Source of the DNA: Bacteroidetes bacterium UBA7662
GTDB lineage: Bacteria > Bacteroidota > Bacteroidia > UBA7662
Assembly (NCBI GenBank): GCA_002483345.1
Contig: DLHS01000016.1
Location: 21,956-85,955 of the forward strand
DNA: 64,000 nucleotides
Direction of reading: 5' to 3'
In this document: positions 9,926-19,198 of the stretch, in pieces
How positions within the stretch are numbered: the stretch's first letter is position 1
Layout: each line of letters begins with the position of its first letter
Translations under genes and position numbers: made by a program
Notes under the pieces: generated by a model
Seen by the model: the letters and a program-made list of their open reading frames with translations, nothing else
Told to the model about the DNA's origin: nothing
Database searches by the model: none

Positions 9926-11343
9926 AGCGGCCGGGTATATATCAACTGATTCTTGCGACTACCCTTGCCGGATTTTTATTACCTAATTTATTTACTACCG
10001 GCATTTTCGGAGATGGATTAATTTATGCCGTCATTTCAAGAAATCTCTCGGAGGGACTAGGCAGTTGGTGGAATCTCTATTACAGTACCTATATTTTCTC
10101 GCCCTTTGCAGAACATCCTCCGCTCCTTTTCTGGGTTGAGTCGATATGGTTCAGGATACTGGGAGATTACCACTTTACCGAGAAAAGCTTCTCTGTATTA
10201 CTTGCAGCAGGCATGATTATCAGTCTTCGTTTTTTCTGGATAAGGATAGCCAGAAATCAGACAGAAAAACAAGCCTGGTGGTTTCCGGTACTGCTATGGA
10301 TTCTGGTCCCGACCATTCATTGGGCGTATCCCAACAATATGCTTGAAAACCTGATGGTTCTTTTTACCAGTTGGGCAGTATGGTCAGGATTTTATAAGCC
10401 TTCAGGCCAAAAGGCGCTCCTGGTAGGTGTGCTTGTTTTTTTAGCCTTTCTTACCAAGGGATTGGTCGGACTATTCCCGTTAGCCGTTTTCGGCATCCGT
10501 TGGTTAAGCCTCCGGGAGGATACCCTTCGTAAAGCACTTTCATGGACCTCTTTGGCGCTGTTTGGCTTTGTATTGTGTATGGCCATCAGTTTAATACCTG
10601 AATCGGCCCGGAATTATTGGATGCAGTATTTTGATGTACAGTTGCTGGCCACCCTGAGGGGCGAACGGCTGGTACAGGATCATGTGGTTGATCTTCCCCG
10701 TTACTATCTGCTCACAAGGCTCTTTACAGAGTTGATTAATCCGCTGCTTTTAACGGGGCTCCTGCTGCTGGGTACCCGCAGGTTCCGGAAAAAAGGAGCT
10801 GTACCTGCGTTAGCGCACGGCTACATCCTGTTCTTTGCACTGGTAGCATGCAGCGCTACTTTACCCTTGCTGATTTCTCCCAAGCAACACTCCTTTTACC
10901 TGATACCTGCCATTCCCTGGTTTATACTGGCTTTGTCGAAAGGTGCCGGGCCTTTTGTTTTTGATATCCTGGCACAATGGCAAAGCCGGCAACTGAGTTA
11001 TAAAATAAGTTACCTTTTTTTCAGTGGTCTTTTTGTGGCCGCCCTGGTCATATGTGGATGGCGGGCGAACCAACCTGGCCGGGATGCAGATTTGATGTCG
11101 GCAGTAGATGTCATAGCACATACAACAGGCTCACACCAGATAGGAATACCCCATTCCCTGATCAGGCACCATAGTTTACATGCCTATTTTCAGCGAAATC
11201 ATCACATCAGTCTCTCCCCCTATGACAGCACAGCAGGTTATTGGATAACTGAAAAGGATAGTATTCCTCCTCCCGGATATAAAACTATGGATATCGGCAT
11301 CTCCGGTTACGACTTGCACCAGCTTAGCGGGCAGCATCGTTAA
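9922..11343 (+). CDS. ArnT/PMT-like GT-C fold membrane glycosyltransferase (GT83/GT39-like)
   Basis: 473 aa polytopic protein. N-terminal GDGLIYAVISRNLSEG resembles the ArnT PDETRYAEISREMLASG motif. FLTKGLVGLFPLAV resembles ArnT VMTKGFLALAVPVL. Overlaps the GtrA stop. Confidence 0.6.
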   Translation: MKRPGIYQLILATTLAGFLLPNLFTTGIFGDGLIYAVISRNLSEGLGSWWNLYYSTYIFSPFAEHPPLLFWVESIWFRILGDYHFTEKSFSVLLAAGMIISLRFFWIRIARNQTEKQAWWFPVLLWILVPTIHWAYPNNMLENLMVLFTSWAVWSGFYKPSGQKALLVGVLVFLAFLTKGLVGLFPLAVFGIRWLSLREDTLRKALSWTSLALFGFVLCMAISLIPESARNYWMQYFDVQLLATLRGERLVQDHVVDLPRYYLLTRLFTELINPLLLTGLLLLGTRRFRKKGAVPALAHGYILFFALVACSATLPLLISPKQHSFYLIPAIPWFILALSKGAGPFVFDILAQWQSRQLSYKISYLFFSGLFVAALVICGWRANQPGRDADLMSAVDVIAHTTGSHQIGIPHSLIRHHSLHAYFQRNHHISLSPYDSTAGYWITEKDSIPPPGYKTMDIGISGYDLHQLSGQHR

Positions 11344-11370
11344 AAACACCTGCGGGGTGCAAAGTTTTTG

Positions 11371-12453
11371 CTATGCTTCCTGATCGTTAACAGGATGATA
11401 GACATGTCTGGACTTTTGCCATTTTTTGATCAGAAACGGAATCTGACTCAGGACTAATGCAGAAAGAAGACTAATGCCCAATATTTGAATGGGCCGTAAA
11501 TCACGAAGCAGCCAGGCTAGTAAGATGAAACCTGCGTTGGCGGCATATAAGGTGAAGGCTGCCTGGCTATGCGACATGCCCAGATCAAGCAGGCAATGGT
11601 GGATATGGTTGCGGTCGGCAGAAAATGGCGATCGTTTGTGCATAATCCTGACAGTGAATACCCTCAAGGTATCGAAAAGAGGAATAATCAACACATTAAA
11701 GGCATATACTGCGCCCGCGATACTGAAAAAGTAATTCGGTTCAAAGGTTCTGCTCAGTTGTATAAATCGTACACTGATGATGGCAATTAAATACCCCAAA
11801 ACCAGCGAACCCGAATCACCCATAAATATGCTGGCATTCCTGAAATTAAACCGTAAAAATGCCAGCAGGGAGCCGATCATGGTCAGACACAAAATGAAAA
11901 AAACCTGATCATTCATGCGGTAAAACCAATACCCGAAAGTTGACAATACAATCACCCCGATGCCTCCTGCCAGTCCGTTGATGCCATCAATGAGGTTAAA
12001 GCCATTCATGATGGTAAGAATACTCAGGGTTGAAAAAACGATTGACTCCACATAATTCAAATCATGAATGCCGAGTAGTCCATAAAGATTATCAATCCTG
12101 ATTTCACCTTGTATGACTACAATCAGGGTAGCAATAATCTGGGCAAGAAGCTTCTTCCAGGCTACCAGCGGGAATAAATCATCTTTGATTCCTATGACAA
12201 ACAGTATCATCAGGGCCGACAATATTGCACCAAACTTAGGGACAGTCATTCCTGACGTCCAGAAAACAAATGAGAAGAAAAACCCGACAAAAAGCGCTAA
12301 ACCACCCAGCGTAGGAATCCGGGTCAGGTGGGCCTTCCTGTGATTTGGCTCGTCGTATAATTTTTTGATTCTCGCCAGATTAATAATCGCAGGAACACTG
12401 AGATAGGTGATCAGCCAAGCCGTAAAAAAAGACAGGATATAAATCAGGGTCAT
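11371..12453 (-). CDS. wecA: UDP-HexNAc:undecaprenyl-phosphate HexNAc-1-phosphate transferase (WecA/WbpL/TagO family, GT4 MraY-like)
   Basis: MraY/WecA motifs DDLFPLVAWKKL and NLIDGINGLAGG. 360 aa, 10-11 TM. Confidence 0.85.
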   Translation of the reverse strand: MTLIYILSFFTAWLITYLSVPAIINLARIKKLYDEPNHRKAHLTRIPTLGGLALFVGFFFSFVFWTSGMTVPKFGAILSALMILFVIGIKDDLFPLVAWKKLLAQIIATLIVVIQGEIRIDNLYGLLGIHDLNYVESIVFSTLSILTIMNGFNLIDGINGLAGGIGVIVLSTFGYWFYRMNDQVFFILCLTMIGSLLAFLRFNFRNASIFMGDSGSLVLGYLIAIISVRFIQLSRTFEPNYFFSIAGAVYAFNVLIIPLFDTLRVFTVRIMHKRSPFSADRNHIHHCLLDLGMSHSQAAFTLYAANAGFILLAWLLRDLRPIQILGISLLSALVLSQIPFLIKKWQKSRHVYHPVNDQEA

Positions 12454-12531
12454 AGCTTAAATGTACAAAGAATGATCGAAAGGGATTTTACAGTTACGCC
12501 GTCTGCCCAACGGTATGGGATAAATAATCAT

Positions 12532-12563
12532 AAAAAAACCCGTGCGGGACATGCCTGCACGGG
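12532..12563 (-). terminator. Rho-independent terminator after the capD/pglF-like gene
   Basis: On the minus strand, a GC-rich hairpin (acccgtgcaggc-atgt-cccgcacgggt, with one G-U pair) is followed by a run of 7 T. It lies 20 nt downstream of the stop at 12584. Confidence 0.55.
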
Positions 12564-12583
12564 TATACGCTGATACTTAAAAA

Positions 12584-14545
12584 CTAGTCTCCGAGGTTTT
12601 TATTTCCGTTTTCAGGAGCATCGTTGGCAAATCTCTTTTTATCAATTTCTTCAAAAACAGAGTTATTACTGACGAATTCGGGGACGATTTCTTTGATTTT
12701 GGCAACGATGCGGTGCTCCTCTCCTGTATTCAGAATCTGGCGTAAGACAACCAGTTGCTGAGCCACCTGATCATAATCATAGGCACGTACCTTGCCGATC
12801 ATGATTTTCGGGTGGTGGGTTGGTACCGTATTCTCCTGGACATTCAGCAGCTCTTCATAAAGCTTTTCTCCCGGACGTAGCCCGGTGAAAGTAATCTGAA
12901 TGTCTTTGCCGATGGTTAATCCCGACAGTTTCACCATCTTTTTGGCCACGTCCAGTATTTTGACGGATTCTCCCATGTCGAAGATGAAAATTTCACCTCC
13001 GTTACCCATAACGCCGGCCTCCAGCACGAGCTGGCAGGCTTCGGGTATGGTCATAAAGTACCGGGTGATATCCGGATGGGTTACCGTGATAGGTCCTCCG
13101 GCTTCAATCTGACGTTTAAAAAGTGGTATCACCGAGCCATTAGAACCCAGTACATTGCCAAAGCGGGTGGTCACAAATTTAGTATTGCCTGCATAGGCGT
13201 TGTTGAGGCTTTGCGTATAAATCTCTGCCACCCTTTTGGTAGAACCCATCACATTGGTAGGATTCACAGCCTTATCTGTAGAGACCATCACAAATTTACT
13301 CACCCCAAATTCTACCGAAAGGTCGGCCAGCAACTGCGTACCGAAAACATTTACCAAAACAGCTTCATAGCAGTTGTCTTCCATCAGGGGGACGTGCTTA
13401 TAAGCAGCCGCATGAAAAACATAGTTAGGATGGTACTTTTTGAAGAGGCTTCGCATCCGTTTATCGTTTCGGACATCTGCGATCACAAACCTCACATTGT
13501 GCAGCAGGTGGGCATGCAGTTTGCGTAATTCTATTTCCAGTTCGTAAAGGGGTGATTCAGCCTGGTCAATGAGGATAAGTTGGGCCGGCTTGTAATGAAG
13601 GAGTTGCCGGGCAATCTCTGAACCTATAGAACCTGCCGCACCTGTCACGAAAACAACTTTCTCTTCAATTTCATTGGAGACGTTTTCATTGTCAAGCACT
13701 ATCTCTTCCCGCTGCAGCAGGTCTTCAATTTTGACTGCTTTGATTTGTTTGCTGCTCAATTCTCCGTTGATCCAGTTCTGAACGGGAGGTACATTTTTAA
13801 CCTTGATGTTGTGAATCAGGCATTGATCAATAATCTGCCGTTTCCGGATATTGGAGATATTCTGAATAGAGAGAATTACTTCTTTTACATCCTTCTTCTC
13901 CACAAAATCAGACTCGAGTATACTGGCCGGATAAACACGGACCCCGTGTACTGATTTGAATACCTTGCTTGGATTATCATCGATGAAGGCTACTACATTG
14001 TAGTGCAGGCTATCGTCCTGCAGCAGGGTATTCCGGGTGATGGTGCCTGACTTACCGGCACCGTAGATGATTACATTGACTTTATTTTTGCCCCCCTCAA
14101 ATACCGCCATAAAAACGGCCTTGAAGAGAAATCTGCTGGTTACCAGCAAAAAAACTGCAAAGACGTACTGAATAAAAACTATGGCAAGTCCTACCGAGAG
14201 GGGGCCATAATTATTCGGAGAGAAGCGGTAAGTAAGCAGGTTGAGTAATATAAGGACCCCGGTTGCCAGCGTGGTGGCATAAAACAAACGAACCGCATCT
14301 TCTACCCCCGTATGTCGGATAATACCGCTGAAGGATTTAAACGTAATAAAACCTGCCAGGTATGAAACTGACACTATAGCCAACTGCCTCAGCGCAAGTT
14401 CAAAGTTGATGGCTGTAAGATCAAAATTGAACCGCACCAGATTTGAAATGGCAAAGGCAAATGCCACAATCGCCATGTCAATCAACAATACCATCCACCT
14501 CGAAACGAAGCGGTTGGAGTATATGCGGAGGTACTTTTGAAACAT
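12584..14545 (-). CDS. Membrane-anchored UDP-GlcNAc 4,6-dehydratase (CapD/PglF/WbpM family)
   Basis: 653 aa. N-terminal TM helices, Rossmann VFVTGAAGSIGSEIARQLL, polysacc_synt_2 architecture. Confidence 0.9.
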   Translation of the reverse strand: MFQKYLRIYSNRFVSRWMVLLIDMAIVAFAFAISNLVRFNFDLTAINFELALRQLAIVSVSYLAGFITFKSFSGIIRHTGVEDAVRLFYATTLATGVLILLNLLTYRFSPNNYGPLSVGLAIVFIQYVFAVFLLVTSRFLFKAVFMAVFEGGKNKVNVIIYGAGKSGTITRNTLLQDDSLHYNVVAFIDDNPSKVFKSVHGVRVYPASILESDFVEKKDVKEVILSIQNISNIRKRQIIDQCLIHNIKVKNVPPVQNWINGELSSKQIKAVKIEDLLQREEIVLDNENVSNEIEEKVVFVTGAAGSIGSEIARQLLHYKPAQLILIDQAESPLYELEIELRKLHAHLLHNVRFVIADVRNDKRMRSLFKKYHPNYVFHAAAYKHVPLMEDNCYEAVLVNVFGTQLLADLSVEFGVSKFVMVSTDKAVNPTNVMGSTKRVAEIYTQSLNNAYAGNTKFVTTRFGNVLGSNGSVIPLFKRQIEAGGPITVTHPDITRYFMTIPEACQLVLEAGVMGNGGEIFIFDMGESVKILDVAKKMVKLSGLTIGKDIQITFTGLRPGEKLYEELLNVQENTVPTHHPKIMIGKVRAYDYDQVAQQLVVLRQILNTGEEHRIVAKIKEIVPEFVSNNSVFEEIDKKRFANDAPENGNKNLGD

Positions 14546-14709
14546 TGCTTTACAAAGGTAAACTTCAAACCGACTTATACAGCATAAAAGTAAGAAGCGG
14601 CCGAGGCAGGAAAACTAACCAAATTGATATTAAGTCATGATTAATTTATACCAAGAACGTGAATATATCGCCGTCTGGACATACCCTTAACAGGGCATTT
14701 TTGGTCTGA

Positions 14710-15849
14710 TCAACCAGGGAAACAAGCCTTAACTGCCTTCACAACCCGGTCAAGGTCGTGGGTAGTCAGGTTAGATCCTGATGGCAGACACAAGCCCTTC
14801 TCAAAGAGTTTTGCTGATACTTCGCCACCATAATAAGGAGCAGTTTCGAAAACCGGTTGCATATGCATGGGCTTCCAAAGCGGTCTCGATTCAATGTTTT
14901 CTTTTTCAAGCGCCAACCGGATATTTTCACGGCTTATGCCTCCGGTAACAGCCGGGTCGACCAGAATAGTTGTAAGCCAGCGGTTTGTGAAACTCCCGGC
15001 TGGTTCAGTCACAAAAGAAATTCCTTCGATATCCCGGAAGGCATTTACATAATAGGCATAATTAGCACGACGCTGTTGAACCCTATCGCTGAGAACAAGC
15101 ATCTGCCCGCGACCAATACCTGCGCAAACATTACTCATACGATAGTTATACCCAATCTCACTGTGCTGATAATGGGGTGCAGCATCTCTTGCCTGTGTAG
15201 CCAGGAAACGAGCCTTTTCCACCAGTTTCGCATCGGCAGATATCAAGGCGCCACCACCGGAGGTAGTGATAATTTTGTTTCCATTAAAACTGAGCACACC
15301 CATTTTTCCGAATGTCCCGCAGGCCTGATGCTGGTAGGTGGACCCCAGTGCTTCTGCCGCATCTTCTACGATATCAATGCCGAATTCATTGGCAATCGCC
15401 GTGATTTCATCCATTTTTGCAGGCATCCCATAGAGGTGAACAGGGATAATAGCCTTTGGCTTTTTGCCTTTGGCGATGCGATCTAAAATAGCTTCCCTCA
15501 AAACCTTTGGATCCATATTCCAGGTATCTGGTTCTGAATCGATAAAAACCGGCAAAGCTCCGAGATAAGCAATCGGATTTGCAGAGGCTGAAAATGTAAA
15601 ACTCTGGCAAATTACTTCATCACCAGCCTTTACTCCCAGCAGAATTAATGCAAGGTGGATGGCCGAAGTCCCGCTTGAAAGCGCAGCAGCACTGGGTGAT
15701 TTTGTAAAATCACACAAATCCTGCTCAAATCCGTTTACATGCGGACCCAACGGCGCTATCCAGTTGGTATCAAAGGCATCTTTGACAAATTTAAACTCCT
15801 CCAGTCCCATATGGGGTGATGAAAGCCAGATTTTTGGTGATTCAGACAT
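14710..15849 (-). CDS. DegT/DnrJ/EryC1 PLP-dependent sugar aminotransferase (PglE-like, UDP-4-amino-sugar)
   Basis: WLSSPHMGLEEFKFVKDAF...LSSGTSAIHLALILLGVKAGDEVICQSFTF is a DegT-family signature. ATG at 15849 chosen (MSESPK). Confidence 0.85.
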   Translation of the reverse strand: MSESPKIWLSSPHMGLEEFKFVKDAFDTNWIAPLGPHVNGFEQDLCDFTKSPSAAALSSGTSAIHLALILLGVKAGDEVICQSFTFSASANPIAYLGALPVFIDSEPDTWNMDPKVLREAILDRIAKGKKPKAIIPVHLYGMPAKMDEITAIANEFGIDIVEDAAEALGSTYQHQACGTFGKMGVLSFNGNKIITTSGGGALISADAKLVEKARFLATQARDAAPHYQHSEIGYNYRMSNVCAGIGRGQMLVLSDRVQQRRANYAYYVNAFRDIEGISFVTEPAGSFTNRWLTTILVDPAVTGGISRENIRLALEKENIESRPLWKPMHMQPVFETAPYYGGEVSAKLFEKGLCLPSGSNLTTHDLDRVVKAVKACFPG

Positions 15850-16222
15850 ACTTATATTGAAATTTAAAAGCAAGAAAAACAACCACGGCGAAAATGGGTG
15901 TGGTGATTAACCGGTGTAAGGTGGCGCAAAAATTTTGTAGTGATTCAAATTCTAAACTAAAGATATAGAGTATGAAGAGTAATAAATAGAAAACAATGCT
16001 GATAAGTGTCAACAACCATGTCATTTTATGACCCAACATGAGAACGGCATATATAAGATAACTTCCCCATGCAATCAGAAGTACCCTGGCGAAAAGCACA
16101 CTATGTGGGTAAGTGCGAAAGAGAAAACTCCAATCCGGAATCAGGGAGAGTGCCTGCACTCCATAACTCATGATAAACAAGAATATGGCTAAACAAACTT
16201 TAAACAGCCTGCTCCTTAACAT
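15842..16222 (-). CDS. Small 4-TM membrane protein, putative exosortase-F-associated protein
   Basis: 126 aa, very hydrophobic. Tightly coupled (23-nt overlap) to the putative XrtF gene, a pairing characteristic of XrtF systems. The assignment is by context and size. Confidence 0.4.
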   Translation of the reverse strand: MLRSRLFKVCLAIFLFIMSYGVQALSLIPDWSFLFRTYPHSVLFARVLLIAWGSYLIYAVLMLGHKMTWLLTLISIVFYLLLFILYIFSLEFESLQNFCATLHRLITTPIFAVVVFLAFKFQYKYV

Positions 16223-16745
16223 GAGATCCGGGATTCGCTGTCGACTTCAACCAAAACAACCAGATGAGGAAAACACATGTATACATGATGGCGGTAAAGG
16301 CATACTTGTGATAATAATAAAAGAGGGTAGCGTTTTCTAAAGCAATGTTTAGCAGCAATACCAGTCTGATAAGGTTAAGCAAATGAATACTTAACAAGCC
16401 TATCAGGATATACCCGAATGTCCGTTTTGTCCATTTCCAGAATGCGACAAAAAAAGACAAAAACAAACCGGCTACGATAAAACCATTACACCCCTCAAAA
16501 ACTGAAACGGCGGGAACACCTGCAAGCCGGATTGTAAGGGCATCACGCTCTACAACCAAATCAACCGCCCGTGAATCAAATACCTGCTGTATTTCCGCGA
16601 CTTGCAAAGCAACGGAATAGGTAATAGGGTCAGGAACGCCTTCGTATGCAGATAAATAAATACTGTACCCTAACGAAAAAACCAGATAAAACAGGCCAAA
16701 TCTGACGACAAACCAAAGAGCCGGATATTTATCAGGATTCATCAT
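16200..16745 (-). CDS. xrtF: Putative exosortase family protein (short XrtF-like)
   Basis: 181 aa polytopic protein with Cys in EGCNGF followed by conserved Arg/Asn-containing helices (LLNLIRLVLLLNI). Short length and Bacteroidota context fit XrtF. Not verifiable without HMMs. Confidence 0.45.
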   Translation of the reverse strand: MMNPDKYPALWFVVRFGLFYLVFSLGYSIYLSAYEGVPDPITYSVALQVAEIQQVFDSRAVDLVVERDALTIRLAGVPAVSVFEGCNGFIVAGLFLSFFVAFWKWTKRTFGYILIGLLSIHLLNLIRLVLLLNIALENATLFYYYHKYAFTAIMYTCVFLIWLFWLKSTANPGSHVKEQAV

Positions 16746-17373
16746 GAAACTTTATAGGCTTGGCTGGTATGCCGACTGCAGTACAATAGGGAGGCAAACT
16801 TTTCGACACTACCGCACCTGAACCGACGATTGTATCTTCTCCTATTTCAAGCTGATTGATAATTTTTGCACCCGTTCCAACATATACGCCAGCCTTAATA
16901 ACCACCTCGCCCGATATATTTACCCCTGGCATAAAGGAGCTGTAGTCACCAATTATAGTGTCATGCCCTACTGTGCAGGCCAAATTGAGCAGCGTATGTT
17001 TTCCAAGAGAAATATCGACCGTTATCAGACAACCTGCACATATAATACTTCCATCTCCGATGCTCACCCGGTCTCCAATCAACACATTGGGGTGTATAAG
17101 CGTAGCGAATTTTGCTTTCGGGCCAAGGCGCTGAGCCACATTTCGTTTCGACTTGGGATTCCCCAATGCTAACACAAAATACGCTTCTGAATAATCCTTG
17201 GCCGAATCTATGCCTCCAATAACCTTTGTACTTCCAATGGCGGTTCCGGCTTCAAGGGATTCGTCCAGGAAACCCAATAAATCCCAGGTGAGTTGACGCG
17301 TGTTTATCTGGCTTATAAGCATCTCCACTTCTCTTCCAAACCCTCCTGCACCAATAATAATAACCTGCTTCAT
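16732..17373 (-). CDS. Sugar N-acetyltransferase, NeuD/PglD/PglB family (left-handed beta-helix)
   Basis: N-terminal Rossmann-like VIIIGAGGFGREV followed by hexapeptide repeats. 213 aa, typical for PglD/NeuD. Confidence 0.8.
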   Translation of the reverse strand: MKQVIIIGAGGFGREVEMLISQINTRQLTWDLLGFLDESLEAGTAIGSTKVIGGIDSAKDYSEAYFVLALGNPKSKRNVAQRLGPKAKFATLIHPNVLIGDRVSIGDGSIICAGCLITVDISLGKHTLLNLACTVGHDTIIGDYSSFMPGVNISGEVVIKAGVYVGTGAKIINQLEIGEDTIVGSGAVVSKSLPPYCTAVGIPAKPIKFHDES

Positions 17374-17984
17374 GTTTTTGATTTATTGCCTGTAAAATAC
17401 GTTGCAGTCGCAGCCCCCTGGGCATTAATTCCTTCCCGTATCAGCACTTTTTTAAAGGTCAGAAAAACTATTTTCAAGTCCAGCATAAAAGAGAAGTTAT
17501 CGACATACCAAACATCCAAAGCAAACTTTTCCTCCCAGGAAAGTGCATTCCGCCCGTTAATTTGTGCCCATCCGGTAATCCCAGGTCTTACATTATGTCT
17601 TTTTGATTGCTCCGGATTGTACAGGGGGAGATACTGAACAAGTAACGGTCTTGGTCCGATCAGACTCATTTCTCCCTTCAGCACATTAAAAAGTTGCGGG
17701 AGTTCATCCAGAGATGTTTTCCTGATAAAGCTACCCAGTCTGGTCATTCGTTTTTCATCAGGAAGCAGATTACCCTGCTCATCCCTGAGGTTGCTCATGG
17801 TTCTGAGTTTGACTAATCTGAATATCCGACTGTTTTTACCTGGTCTCAATTGCATGAAAAAGGGAGATTCTCCATCATAAAGGTAAATGAGCAATCCTAA
17901 AAACAGTATCACAGGTAATCCTAAAACAAGAACCAGGAAGGCCAGTGTGAAATCAATGAAACGTTTTCCAAATCTCTTGTACAT
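17370..17984 (-). CDS. Undecaprenyl-phosphate sugar phosphotransferase (PglC/WbaP-C-terminal 'bacterial sugar transferase')
   Basis: 204 aa with one N-terminal TM. Hallmark DELPQLFNVLKGEMSLIGPRP motif. Confidence 0.9.
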   Translation of the reverse strand: MYKRFGKRFIDFTLAFLVLVLGLPVILFLGLLIYLYDGESPFFMQLRPGKNSRIFRLVKLRTMSNLRDEQGNLLPDEKRMTRLGSFIRKTSLDELPQLFNVLKGEMSLIGPRPLLVQYLPLYNPEQSKRHNVRPGITGWAQINGRNALSWEEKFALDVWYVDNFSFMLDLKIVFLTFKKVLIREGINAQGAATATYFTGNKSKT

Positions 17985-17986
17985 GG

Positions 17987-19198
17987 CTAAAAAAATTGTT
18001 CATAGTCTCTGGCCAATTTATCGAAGCAGCGCTGTTCTTTCAGATATGCTATGGCCCTGGTTCCCATTTTTTCCCTTTCTTCAAATGACATACGCTGATA
18101 TCGGAGGATTTCTTTTGCAAGCAACTCAACATTCCCAAATGGCACAAAGCTCCCGCAATCGGCTTCATTAATCATCGACTGAAACCCGGAATATGAGCAA
18201 ACTATTGGTTTGCCTGCATTCATATAATCAATCCACTTATTTCTCGACAACCCGAAACGGGCAATTTCTGAATCAATAGCATCAAAACAAAGATCCACGT
18301 GCCTCAGAAAATTATTTACTAACTTTTTAGGAATGGGTGCTATAAAATGTATGTTCCCGAAATCCCTGTATTTCTCCTTATAGGTATCCAACATTGACCC
18401 GCTACCCAAAATATACGCCTCTACCTTAGCGTCTGTACCCAGACCTGCAACTGCAGCGAGCAGTGTTTCAATTGGATTATTGGGATTAATGGTCCCTGCA
18501 TAAGCAACTTTAAACGTATCCTGTGTAAAGGTATTTGAGACATAAGCGTCATCCAAAGGAACTCCGTATCCCAGGGATTCCCGTTTAATACCTTGTGGAA
18601 TACATACACACTCCTTAAAATATGGCTCTACCTCCCTAACATGTTCTATCAGATTCGGCATCGTACCAACTACCAAATCTGCCTTCCTGTATCCGAATTT
18701 TTCAAGAGTACCTAAAATCCATATAAAGGGGTTTCTACGGCTGAATCCCCCTAATTGCATGGCAGACAACGGCCAGATGTCCCGAATCTCCAGAATAAAT
18801 CTTGCCTTGTACCTGCGTGATAAAAGATATCCGGAAATTATACTCAGAATTGATAAAGACGATGCTATGACAACATCAGGCTTTGGAATTCCTTGTTTGG
18901 AGGTATAAAGGACTGCCCACTCAAAGTGAATCCAGGATAAAATACGTTGAACTGAAGAGGATTTTCTGGTCTTTAAAACCTTCAGCCAGATAGTCCGCAC
19001 CCCGGCTATATTCTCTTCCATTCTACTTCCTTCAAATACAGGCAGTTTGTCTGTTAAATGGGAAGCATTAGAGGTAAATACCGTCACATCATGGCCATTT
19101 TTCACCCATTCTTCTGCCAAATAAAAATGCCTCGTCCCGAAAAAGTACTTTTCAGGTGAGGCATATTTACAAATTAACCAGACGTTTTTACTCATCAC
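17987..19198 (-). CDS. Glycosyltransferase family 4
   Basis: 403 aa GT-B protein. C-terminal E-x7-E-like region typical of GT4. Confidence 0.75.
   Translation of the reverse strand: MMSKNVWLICKYASPEKYFFGTRHFYLAEEWVKNGHDVTVFTSNASHLTDKLPVFEGSRMEENIAGVRTIWLKVLKTRKSSSVQRILSWIHFEWAVLYTSKQGIPKPDVVIASSLSILSIISGYLLSRRYKARFILEIRDIWPLSAMQLGGFSRRNPFIWILGTLEKFGYRKADLVVGTMPNLIEHVREVEPYFKECVCIPQGIKRESLGYGVPLDDAYVSNTFTQDTFKVAYAGTINPNNPIETLLAAVAGLGTDAKVEAYILGSGSMLDTYKEKYRDFGNIHFIAPIPKKLVNNFLRHVDLCFDAIDSEIARFGLSRNKWIDYMNAGKPIVCSYSGFQSMINEADCGSFVPFGNVELLAKEILRYQRMSFEEREKMGTRAIAYLKEQRCFDKLARDYEQFF

Noticed and set aside
14857-15486. 209-aa plus-strand ORF inside the PglE-like aminotransferase
   Set aside because: Antisense to a strongly supported CDS. 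No recognisable domain.
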